Shown here piece after piece: positions 1-11,600 of a DNA stretch of 64,000 nt. Made by a program: the position numbers and the translations under genes. Position 1 is the stretch's first letter; every line of letters starts with the position of its first letter. This stretch comes from Hydrolagus colliei (taxonomy: Eukaryota): contig CM068743.1 of assembly GCA_035084275.1 (NCBI GenBank), positions 128,588,001 through 128,652,000 of the forward strand, written 5' to 3'. Under the pieces are notes generated by a model. That model was given only the letters and a program-made list of their open reading frames with translations. It had not been told where the DNA came from and made no database searches.

Positions 1-605
1 ACCTGCTCTGCCTTCCCCCACCTGCGCAATATTATCTGGCTCCACTACTGCCTCTCCCCTCAGGCCGCCAAAACACTCATCCACAATTCATCACACTACC
101 CCCAACTCCCCACTGGTTGGCCTTCCCAACTCTTTCCTCCACAAGCTGCAGATCATCCAGAACATTGAAGCCCATGTCCTCTCCCACACCAGTCTCGGTC
201 ACCCTATCACTCCCACTCTCACTGGCTCCCCATCTCCCAGGGGTTAGAGTTAAAAATCCTTGTCCTTACCATCCACGGCGTTGCTCCTTCCTTCCTCTGT
301 GACCCACTAACCAATTATCAACCAGTCTACCCACTCCGCTATTTAGACTCTGGCTTGCTCAAAGTCAACCACCTGGCCCACTATCGGCAATTGGGCTTTC
401 AACCTCTCTGTCTCCACCCTTTGGAATTGCATCCCACATTCCATTCACCTAACTCCCTGCCTTGCCTCCTTCAAGGCACATCTCCTACCCCTAACCTACC
501 TACCCTCCACTCCTCCTGATTTAGCTCCCTGCTTGGGTCCCAATCCCTGACTATCCAGCACTATGGGATGCCCTCCTGACATGAAAGGTACTATACAAAT
601 GAATA
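1..605 (+). mobile_element. L2 LINE 3' fragment
   Basis: Degenerate L2 ORF2 end and tail ...cctcctgacatgaaaggtactatacaaatg; abuts an inverted short L2 tail at about 607-670. Confidence 0.8.
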
Positions 606-1223
606 TCAACAACAACAAAATTACATTTATAGAGCACCTTTCACGTTGTGAGGACGTCCCAAGGCGCTGATGATGGAAATACAAATCTGTAGAGTATCAA
701 AGATCATTTCGGATGGACTAGATTATTGGGCTGGAGAAAGCCTTTGATATGACGGCAAGCAGAACTTTGATTTGTTGGTCGGGTGTCTTATCCATGCAGA
801 AAACCTTTAAGAGTATCCAAACCAGGCTCGATTTTGCATAGGTATGCCACCTACCTAAAGAAATTTCTATCTCTGGAATTAAATGCTCGCTTTCTCCCTG
901 GAGGGAGACATCTGCATGACAAATTTTGTAAACAGCTTCTAGGTACAGACAAAGTCCTGACCACAACATCTTGCATTTACGTAGTATCCTTTGCCACCTC
1001 CATCTTCAAACTCTTGAGGCCCCAAATAAGTGATCACTCTGATACTCTGTCCCTTCCCCTCACCCCATCCTACCCAGATCAAGATCCTCACCATTGAGCC
1101 CTCACTTCACTTAACTGGGTTTGAATTTGACAGGCAGCAGGAATTCCCTGCCTGCTTCCCCGGTGGGCAACACAGCTCAGCGTGAAATGCGCAAGAGCAT
1201 TGCTCACCATCTCCGGAGCGCAA

Positions 1224-1537
1224 AGCTCCTGTGGCTCAGTAGTTAGAGCACTCCCCTTACAAGTGTGTCACCTGTGTTCAAATCCAGGCAGATCAGGTCA
1301 AAGCAAAATCTTGGGCAAATTTCCTTACTCCACACACACACCTAATAATAATCCGTCCAAAAAATATAGAATAAATATTGGTCATTTCAATCCATGACTG
1401 TTTTGTGGGGACACTGCTGCGTTTCGCCCACAAATATACAGTGAATTCACTTTACAGTATATTCTGTGAAGCGCTTTGAAACATATAGAAAACGTAAAAA
1501 GCACTATATCAAATGCTGGGATTATAATTTATTATAA
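1224..1537 (+). mobile_element. tRNA-derived SINE (dominant family)
   Basis: Head tggctcagtagttagagc...gttcaaatcc (A and B boxes); core gggacactgctg; tail gtgaagcgctttga...tatcaaatgc then (TTA)n. Confidence 0.85.
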
Positions 1538-1639
1538 TTCCAGAGACTATTTGGCAAGAGCCAAAGCATAGAGACTCCACAGAGTGTACCTTGGGTTACT
1601 GATGTTACCTGGTAAAATCGCACAGCTTGTCAATGTGAG

Positions 1640-1830
1640 CATTGTCTGGCAAACTTCTTGCTGCTTGTCCAGCTAAGACCAACTTGGTTCTCAGGGCTTT
1701 GGGTTTGCAGGGTTAATGAGTGCTGATTGAGAAGAATCACTGCTCCCAGTGACTGGTCTGTGCCTTTAAGTCATGCTGAAGAGCCAGGTTGCTTGGATTT
1801 TCATTAGCAAAGCCCTGGGCAATTTCTGAG
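1640..1830 (+). repeat. Old unclassified interspersed repeat, family B (other copies about 11235-11420 and 17180-17345)
   Basis: Shared gggctttg..ttgcagg.ttaa...gctga...ccagtgactggtct...agca..gccct. Confidence 0.6.
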
Positions 1831-2171
1831 ACAGAGGATTGATTCTATTCTGACATTGTTTGCCAGGCGTGTCACCTTGGTCATATTGTATCTCACTTCA
1901 TCCACTAAGGAGGATGGATTGTCTGACAAGTGTAGATTTGATCCCAAGTGCAGTATGGCAGGCAGCCAGAACTTCCTGCAAGCTTCCTAATGAACAGCCT
2001 CGCATGAAATATGCCAACATCCTTCAATCCCAGCGCAGACATGCATCTCCCCACATTGAGTGATGGTTTCACCATTCAGAGATGAGGAACTGCTTACCTC
2101 TGAATACCAATCAAGGTGGATACCAATCCCTGGATATGTGTTCACTAAACCCAACTCGGGATAGCCCTAGC

Positions 2172-2540
2172 ATTAATAATCCTAGCATTTAGAATAGGGC
2201 CTTATCACATCTTCAAGGTGTCTCAAATTGCTTCACAGTATGTAGTGTAAAGTGTATTGCTGTACTCTGAGTGAAATGCAACATCTAAATGTGCACAGCA
2301 GTGTCCCACAAACATTTCTCAATTGATTGACCAAAGAATTCTTATATTTGTGGGGGGAAAAAAAGGAAGGGATTATTAACCCCCTGGAAAAGTGATTCAC
2401 CCATCGACTAACACTCGGATTCCTATTTACTACTTGGTGTTTGGTGTCAGGAAACCTGCCTAATGTTTTGTCCTGCCTGGGAATCCAACCCACGTCCTCT
2501 TGCTTTTGGAGGCATGTGCTTTAACCACTAAGCTACAGCC
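2172..2540 (-). mobile_element. tRNA-derived SINE
   Basis: Reverse complement of the family (gcacagcagtgtcccacaaac ... taaccactaagctacag). Confidence 0.8.
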
Positions 2541-4238
2541 TCTACCAGTAGGCTAGAGTTCAGCTTCCCAGTGGCTGTTTCCCCAATTCACAAATCCACC
2601 TCACTGCTTAATCATGTACTTTACAAATGGCTTGAAAGAAATCAGTGGAAACCCCTCCACTTCATGGCCGTCGTTCAGAACCATGTCGCCAAGCATGGTC
2701 ACATAGCAGGTATGATAAAGCAGTTGAACATAAATGCAATCTAAAAGTGCATTTTATAGAGAGGATAGCTGAATGTTAACAATACTTAACTCACCATATT
2801 TGATGCTTGCCACAGCGTATATCAAACTGTTTGCTTGCTCTGGCTGAATCATTACCAAGATAGATTTCCATTTCTAGGCCATTGTTTACTTGTGACCTTA
2901 ACTCCACCTCACTACTGCCGAAACCCTTATGAAAGCTGTTTGATCCTTTTAAGAATAGATTTTTCTAATGTTCTCCTCCCTATCTAAATCATTTTCCATT
3001 TCTGGGCACTTTTAAGGCTTCAGCAGTTGCAGTTTAGTTATGGAAAGGCACTCTTTGGAACAAAGTTTCTCCCATTCAACCTCACCTGAAGTCCCAAGTT
3101 CAACAGAGGACTTATCGTATCAGTGTAAATGTTTACCTTTGCATACCTGTTGCCCTTAAGGACACCCTGATTGTGATTGCCAATTGTAGCAGCTAGTGGT
3201 GAATTGTAGACAATATAGTGCTGTAGACGCACGCCAGCAGGAACAGGATGGGCACTGTCCACGTTGGATTTCTGTAGCTCGTGAAGAAAACACTTCCATT
3301 GCATCAGTCTGGATTGGAATGAAGTCTCCACTTGAGAGTAAAAGGTCAATATTGTTAATCTGCAACAACCAACCCTCTTGGTTTTCACCATTTAGTGCTA
3401 CATACCCAATCTACCATCAAGATTAATGAAAGATTTAAAGGGACTACATACATCCTTGCTTTTTTTTGCATTAATCTTGAAATTGATTTATTTTCAACAA
3501 ATTGAAATGGGAATGAATCATACTGTGACTTTAGGACTTTCATTACTTTTGGTTGATCACGGTACTGTGTTTTTGGAGATGAGCATCATTTAACAGCAAT
3601 TAACTAGTGAACCACCTTCGCATTGTTTTATCATCTCTGCATTGACCTGATGTATATGTTCAAAATGGAAGCAAAAAAATTTATCATTTTACGTGCGCTG
3701 AATAAATTTAAAACTCTAATTTCCTGGAAATTATAGAAAGTAATTGTGTTGGTTTTAGTACTTAGATTGTGTTATATTTCAGTAATGTAGCATTTTTATA
3801 AAAATCAATGAGTGTTGTTACTTCAGTGTTTTACATCAGACTCCCTTTGCAGTGCATTTGGACTATATTGAGAATACTGTGAAACAATTTAGATTCTCGG
3901 TCAATGTGCTTTCAGTTGAATTAGTTTCCTCAATATTTACAATGTTATCCATTGTGATGCTTAATCTCCTGTTGAAAAAAAAGTAGAATAATGCTGTTTT
4001 TGTTTTGTCTATTTCTGTCTAATTGATTGTTTTCATTTAAACAGAGCTAGTTATGTTCAATGGGTGAAATTAATTATGTTCTAAGAAATGTCTGAGGGAG
4101 TCAATCTTAGATGTATACTACTTAAATCAGACTGTTCAGCATCCATCGGCTGTTAATTTAGTTCTCTAAATCTATAAGGCCCACTTACCAAACTCGGGCT
4201 CAGTGATATGTTCATAACTTGTTGTGCCAAGATAAATA

Positions 4239-4742
4239 CAGGTAGATCCCGCTGAACTCGGTTAACGTTTGTTCGTTATTACATTGTTGATACATTGGGA
4301 ACATATACTTTACAATATATTCTGTGAAGCGCTTTGAGACATCTAGAAGATGTGAAAAGCGCTATATCAAATTCAAGAATTATTATATTAATTTAACGTT
4401 TGGTATTACGTCATTCGCCAGCGGGTGGAAAGGGGGCGCGATGGCACTAGGACCTGGGAGTGAGCCAGGCCGGCAGCGAGAGAGAGAGCCAGCTGGCAGC
4501 GAGTGAGTCAGACCGACAGCGTGAGTGAGCCGGGCCAACAGTCAGGGAGCGAGTGAGTCAGCCGGGCAAGCGGTCAGGGAGCGAGTATAATTTAAAAAAA
4601 TAAAATGTTGACAAAAAAGTGTCCAAAATAACTTAACTCCAGTTTTTACATTCATTCTTAGGGAAAAATGTATTCGCTTAACGTTTCGCTTAAAATCGCA
4701 CTTTGCAAGACCCAAACTACGACGTTAAGCAGGGTCTACCTG
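4239..4742. mobile_element. Tc1/pogo-type MITE with a nested SINE tail (about 4308-4390)
   Basis: TA|CAGGTAGATCCCGCT...AGCAGGGTCTACCTG|TA termini; second copy at 52334. Confidence 0.85.
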
Positions 4743-5154
4743 TATCATGAAATTGGTTTTAAAAAAAAAGGACAGAAAAATCATGTTTATAAATGCTCAC
4801 TCTTGCTTTCATCGGAAAAGGTTCTAAATAGCAAGACTTTAAGGTGATATTAAGAATCTACAAAATGTTTAGTGGGTATAGGTTTGGATAATATAATAAA
4901 TTAAAAATTGTATTGCCAAGTTGCTAACTTTTTATCCACAAAATAAAAAGGTATTTTGATTTTATGTTTGCTGTCAAAAAAGAGAAGCATTGTGGAGAAT
5001 AAAAACACATGACCAAAAAAGTGAATTCAGTGAATTTCATAGAATTCTGAATTTATTTGGGATTATCAAATAAACCATTGCAAAAAAGTGAATTGGTCAG
5101 TATGCTTAAGAGTATCCAAACCAGACAGAGTTCCACATTCATTTTCATATACTG

Positions 5155-6087
5155 CAGTAAAAGCCTGTTTATCCGGCACCTCCAGGACCTGGCCAATGAT
5201 GGTTAATGCTGGATATTCGGGCGGCAAGTTGCCAAAAACCCGACACAGAAAAATTTACTTTTTTTTGAAACCATATTAATAATAGACTAAATAATAACAG
5301 AATATTGTATGGATACTTACCAATAAAGCAATAAATATTAATTACAGTCTATAAACACAGCACACAATCACAAAGCAAACTTCTACAATGGCGGACTGAG
5401 TTTTTTCCTCTTAAAGCAGTACTGTCGATTTTTCCTCTTTTTTCTTTCTTTCTCTCCCTCCTTCCCTCTCTCTCTCTTTCACGTGCGCATTCAGTCAGTC
5501 TGACATCTTAATGGCTCCAAATCCAACTACCCTCCACTCCTCTTATTTTCCATCTAAATTAATCAACTCAACCCCTCTCTCTCCCCCCTCCTTTCCCCAC
5601 CTCTCTCTCCCCCTCCCAATCCCCTCTCTCTCCCACCCTCTTTCCCTCTCTTTCCCCCCACCTTCTCTCTCCCTGCCTCTCTCTGCTTCTCCCACCCCCC
5701 ACCAAAACAGTATATAAACCCACGATACAGTCAGGCTACACAGGCAATACGTAGTATCCATCAGAGAGAGAGGGAAAGAAAGAAAGGGGAAGAGATAGAA
5801 AGAGAGAGGGAGATAGAGAGGAAGGAAGGAGAGGGAGAGAGAGAAAAAAAGGAGCGAGGGAGAGGAAAAACCGACAGCGTTGCTTTAAGATGAAAAACCG
5901 GAAGTGCCACTATCGGCAGTAGTCAGAACTAATCGTACTGTACTCTCATGCGACAATTGACTCATTAAATGCACTACCGAGATTGTGCTGGATAAGATCC
6001 GGTTATTGGAATGGTGACCTTTTTTTTGAGGTGCCGGTTATACAGAAGTTACAGTTGATCGGGTCACAGATAAATGGGATTTTACTG
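5155..6087. mobile_element. Tc1/pogo-type MITE (CAGTAAAAGCCCGTTTATC family) with internal CT/GA inverted segment
   Basis: cagtaaaagcctgtttatc...gataaatgggattttactg|ta; relatives at 16374, 27588 and 50766. Confidence 0.8.
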
Positions 6088-6315
6088 TACTACTCCACAG
6101 TTAACGTTGGGGATGTGTTCTTGAAAAAATTAGATTTTAACTGAAACGACTGATAATGAAACCCAAATTATCAGTCGTAATGATATAAATAGGGGTTATG
6201 TTCCCTCAGTATATTTCTTGTCTAAATATTCTTACACAAATATTAATTAAAGAGCAAAAACAACACTACTACTATTGAGAATTGAAATAAATGTTTAATA
6301 AGTACTACTATATCA

Positions 6316-7483
6316 TAGGGAACGGCGATATATCGATATAACCCGATATGATTTTCATATCGATACGCCGATATAGACATTTTAAAAATATCGATATATC
6401 GAAAAAACGATATATCGAGGTAAAAAATCGGGATGCGAGCACAATCAACTACAAGACCCAGAATGCTCATCTCTATACACAATGCACAGACCGAGGTGCA
6501 AAGCCGCCATCTTGTATTCATAGTCCTCGAATACAATATACAGGTATGCAAGGGGTGGGGGGAGAGAGACGGCTGTGGGTGGGGGGGGGGGTGAGGGGGA
6601 GAGAGACGGCTGGGGGGGTGGGGGGTGAGGGGGAGAGAGGCGGCTAGGGGGAGGGGGAGATAGATGGCTGGGGGAGGAGAGGGGGAGAGACGGCTGGGGG
6701 GGGGGGGAGGAGAGGGGGAGAGGGGAGAGAGATGGCTGGGGGAGGGAGAGGGGGAGAGAGACGGCTGGGGGGGGAGAGGGGGAGAGAGACGGCTGGGGGG
6801 GAGAGGGGGAGAGAGCCGGCTGGGGGGGAGAGAAGAGGGGGAGAGGGGAGAGAGATGGCTGGGGGAGGGAGAGGGGGAGAGAGACGGCTGGGGGGGGAGA
6901 GGGGGAGAGAGACGGCTGGGGGGGAGAGGGGGAGAGAGCCGGCTGGGGGGGAGAGGGGGAGAGAGATGGCTGGGGGGGGGAGGAGAGGGGGAGAGAGACG
7001 GCTGGGGGGAGGGGGAGAGAGACGGCTGGGGGGGGAGGGAGAAAGAGACGGCGGGGGGGGGAGGGGGAAACGGCGGGGGGGGGGGGGGAGAGAGACGGCT
7101 GGGGGGGGGGGTGGGGGAGAGAGACGACGGGGGTGGGGGGTGCGAGAGAGGGACGGCGGGGGGTGGGGAGAGACGGGGTGGATGTGATAATATACAGATA
7201 GATAGAGATGGGGGGGATGTGAGAGAGGAGAGAGGGAGAGAGACATAGAGAGACACAGACAGAAAAACACAGAGATGGAGAGAGTGAGAGACACAGAGAG
7301 AGAAATATATTTACCTCCTGAGAAGATAGGCCCCGAATGCGCGCGCACCCGGAATGCGCGCGCACTCCGATGCCCGCGCGCATGCGCAGTACGAAAAAAC
7401 TGAAAATATCGATATTTCGGTATATCTCGATATGAGCCAACCGATATATCCATATCGGGAAATTCCCATATCGCCGTTCCCTA
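6316..7483 (+). mobile_element. Non-autonomous hAT transposon (TAGGG termini)
   Basis: Perfect TIR TAGGGAACGGCGATAT/ATATCGCCGTTCCCTA; 8-bp TSD CTATATCA (6308-6315, 7484-7491); subterminal CGATAT repeats. Confidence 0.93.
6552..7182 (+). repeat. G/A-rich minisatellite inside the hAT MITE (unit about GGGGGAGAGAGACGGCTGGGG)
   Basis: Directly visible; explains the low-complexity G/E/R and P/S/L ORFs. Confidence 0.92.
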
Positions 7484-8219
7484 CTATATCAATTCAATAA
7501 TAATATACCAATGAGATAGTTATTGGAGATAGTTGTTGCAGTAGTGGGCAATGGTGAGTGGTGGGGGTGGAGTCATTCAGATGAAGGGGCGGATGACCTT
7601 TTTAAAAAAAAATCTGTCCAATGTTTGCTGTACTGCTTTTTTTTCTGGTACAACTGCTTGTAGCAGTTGAAGCCATTTGTTATTATCCTTTTGGCTGCTG
7701 AGCTGCATTCCGCATGTCACGTCCCCACACAGCTGATCGTTACCATGTGGTTGCACACATGATTTGCGTACATTTTCTCTAAACTTTAGGACAGCTGTTG
7801 TAAAATTACCACATTTTGTCATTATTTTATACATAACATATAATCGAAATAACGGATAGCAGAACGACGGATAATGAGGAGTTCCAGTAAATATGGAAAT
7901 TATCCTCTGTCTAGAATGAAATGCATAATCCTCCTGGAGAGTTGCATCCTACATTTCTTTTGCTGGAGAATACTATACGAAGCAACACCTTAACACGTAC
8001 ATTTGTAAGCAGTTGATTAATTCAGATGGAAAATGAGAGGAGTGGAGGGGAATTCGGTTTGGAGCCATTAAGATGCCAGACTGACTGAGTGTGTGCGTGT
8101 GAAAGAGAGAGAGAGAAACTTTGCCACAAGATATGTGGTTTTATCTAGTTAGAAGAACACAGTACCCCACGGCATGCTCTGGGATCGGCAACACCTGGCT
8201 CTTGGCCTACCTGCACTTA

Positions 8220-8427
8220 ATACTAATAGTATCCCTCAAACAAATCAATAAATTGGTTATTTTTATTGCACGACTGTTTGTGGGACACTGCTGTGCGCAA
8301 TTGGCTGCCACGTTTCGCCCACATATATACAGTCAATTCACTTGTACAGTGTGTTCTGTGAAGCGCTTTGAGACATCTAGAAGACATGAAAAGCACTATA
8401 TCAAATGCAAGGATTTTTAAAATTATA
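8220..8427 (+). mobile_element. SINE core and tail just upstream of the GRB10 exon
   Basis: tgtgggacactgctgtgcgcaattggctgcc...gtgaagcgctttgagacatctagaagac. Confidence 0.85.
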
Positions 8428-8472
8428 ATGTCATCCAAATAGCTTAAAATGTTATCCTACTTTTCCTTCCAG

Positions 8473-8689
8473 AGGATGATGTGGACCTGGAGGCTTTGGT
8501 GAATGACATGAACTCATCATTCGACAGTTTGTATTCCATATGCACTACCCAATCAGAAACAGCCCCACTTATTCAAAATGGCCAGCTTGGCCGTAATCAA
8601 ATGGCGAATTCAGGAACTAATTCGCCACAGTCCACATCACCAAGGCAGAAGGTGCGACGTTCTCAACCAATGCACATTCTGGCAGTCAG
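8473..8689 (+). CDS. GRB10: GRB10 exon ([22 protein letters not shown]...[12 protein letters not shown])
   Basis: ttccttccag acceptor; AG|GTAAGG donor; phase 1 to 2. Confidence 0.95.
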
Positions 8690-11600
8690 GTAAGGCTTTG
8701 ATAGGGGCCCGCTGTTTGCCTTTTGCAAGACCAGTTGTATTGCATCTTGTTTACACTTGTGTATATAAAAAAAACTTGTTCTGTAGCATTTATCAGATAG
8801 AACTCACCCCATCTGATTTTTCTGTTAAAAATATTTTTGTGTTCATACATAATTCAACATTTAATCATCACCTTGGAAGTACAGCCATGGTGTGACAGAT
8901 TTATAGGACTGTAAAATATCTCAGAATTATCATAAATTTCCCAGTCAATATTCATGTGCTCAGATCCAATAACAAGATTGCATTTACCATTTACCAGCCT
9001 TGCTTCAAGGAATTCAGAATGCGAACAGAAATGTCCCCTTTACGACTACTCACCTCAAACAGCACATATTGAAACATTTCATACTGAGAGGCATCGGTGT
9101 ATAACGGGTGACCTGTCGCAGATGTTAATTACTTTCTGTGTATCTGAAGTGGGCATATTTTATTTAATAATAATAATCCTTGCATTTGATATAGCACTTT
9201 TCACGTATTCTAGGCGTCTCAAAGCGTTTCACCAAATATACTGTAAAGCGAATTGACTGTGTCTATGTGGGCAAAACGCAGCTGCCAATTGTGCACAGCC
9301 GTGTCCCACATACAGTCAAGGGTTGAAATGACCAATTTTTTTAATAGGGATTATTATTAAGTGTGTGGAGCAAGGAAACTTGCCCAAGGTTTCACCCTGA
9401 TTGGAATTGAACCAAGGTCTCTTGCTTGTAAGGCGAATGCTCTGAAATACATGACTCTTTGTTTAGCACCTTGAATACCTTTTATAATATCCTCTGAAAT
9501 GTGCTTTTCACTCACAGCTTATCCCACTAGTACTGGAATCAGTCTAGCTGCTCTCTGTTGCCCTGCATCAAGTCCTTGGGCAGCATTCTTATGCCTCGGG
9601 GGGCTAGAACTGTGTATGTTTTACTCCCTTGATGTACATGACGTGTGGCAACTGAATTCAACCAATTTAGCATTCTGTTTGCCTCATTTATTGCAAGTGC
9701 TATCCCATTCATGGACGACATATTTGTTCTACTTTTACTTCCCATATACAGTAATTTGTATTTATCAATATTGAATGTTATTTGATAATGTTAGCCTGAG
9801 TGCGTACCCACTGCCCCCCCCAACCCCTCTGCACCTTACTCTTGACTCTTTTTTTTGTGTGTTTTTCTCAATCTCTGACTTACTTTTCTAGATCTGGCTC
9901 ACCGACTTTCTCTATTTCTGTCTATATGTATAATATATATTATATATAGCTGCCTTTCATCATCACTCCCATCTTGAGTCATGTACCTGTGTGATTTCAG
10001 TTGCATGTTTAGATTGTAATGGCATTTTTTGAGAACATTTATTCCTGTGGGTAACTAACATCCAGACCAGATGTGCTTTATCAAGTGCCCCGTGTGTTGA
10101 AACATTCCTGTTTACATAATCACTAACCAATTCTCTGTGTGCAGATAGAATATCACAAGCTTTATCTCCAAGAAAAAACTTTCAACATCTGAGATGTATC
10201 TAAACAGTTTGATGCTCAGATAGGATCAGTCCTAAAAATATCATAAATTGTCTGGTTATAGCTACATATCTGGTTTAATGTGAATAACATTGTGCACATA
10301 GTGAATCTGTTGTAGCAGTCAGCTTCTATAAGAGACACCATCATTGTTTTTTGGCTGTTGTAATCATTAAACTGAATTTACTAAATGACAGACATCTGGT
10401 CCAACAAAGAAATAGTCATATTTTCAGACAGATGCCTTTTGCCACCATAGAACTATGTACTCCTTAGAAGTAAAGCCCCAGAAGGAAAATACAGTATTTC
10501 AAAGTTCTGCTTTACTATACCCTTCATTTAACTCTTTACATCAAACTCATAGAAATCAAAAAAAAATTCTGACCTATCCATTCTTTCATATTTACATTCA
10601 AACACGCCTTGTGATATCATCCATAGGCATTAAACACTCCTCGATGAGACTCTCCTTTCTTCAACTAAAACCATGCTGCTTCAGTGCTTTGGGACTTCCT
10701 TCTGACATGAAAGACGTGGTATAAATGTAATTTGTTGTTGTTGGCCCCTGCCATTGACACCTCAGCTTTGACATCCACCTCTGTCCCAACCTCAGCCCCA
10801 GTGCAGTCAAAATCCTCATCATGCCATCATCACCTTCCAACGACATCTCCAATACCTTCATAGCTGGCGTTCCCAGGCCAACACTCCACAAGCTATAATT
10901 CATCCAAACCTCTGCAGCCCTTATCCTTTTCCCTACCAGGCTCTACCAGCCCATCACCCAATTCCTCACCAGGCTCCATTAATTGATTTTAAGATTTTCT
11001 TAAACCTTGAAATGCCTGCACACCCTTGCAATACCTTACCTCAGTGATCTCGTGCAGTCCTATCTCACACTATTCCTTCCACTAAGCCAACTCTGGCCTA
11101 CTACATGTCCCCTGTGTGGAAAAATATTTAATTTTTATAAAACCGTGGTTAGACAACTGGTGGGAAATGCTGCAGAAGTGGGAGAAAGCTGAATGAGTAA
11201 GAGCACAGATATGGGGCTGGAAGAACAAGTACTGACTGGCAAGCGTTTCCTCTATTTGTCCAGCTTGGACTACCCTATCCATTGGGCTTTGGCTTGCAGG
11301 CTTAACAGGAGCTGAGTGGGATGACCTCCTGCCTCCAGTGACTGGTCTATTCTTCTCGGCCCTGTTTTAAGTCAGGCTTGCTGTGCCATTATTAGCAGTG
11401 CCCTAGAGTACTGCCTGGCTCAGGAGCTCGACTATCCAGGGCATCACAGAGCCTGGCTTGATTAAGACATTCTTTAAGGAAAACGCTTACACTCCCCACC
11501 TCCACCACTCCATCCAGGAGCATTAGCATAACTACACTGCTGTGTGAAATTGTCTGCTGTATTTTGCCCACATATATACAGTCAATTACAGTATAGTCTG

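Larger units (their letters stand above)
6088..7888 (-). mobile_element. Tigger/pogo transposon remnant interrupted by the hAT MITE
   Basis: Minus-strand frame ends ...QQTLDRFFFKK, like pogo/Tigger transposase C-termini; degenerate terminal repeats. Confidence 0.5.

Noticed and set aside
6243-7453. Long ORFs of 194-337 aa on both strands
   Set aside because: They are translations of the stop-free G/A minisatellite in a MITE; no domain content. The same applies to 29872-30475, 28806-29621 and 61157-61750.
7320-7480. CpG island or imprinting control region
   Set aside because: The CpG-rich patches lie inside young transposon copies; the GRB10 promoter region is outside the window and imprinting cannot be read from sequence.
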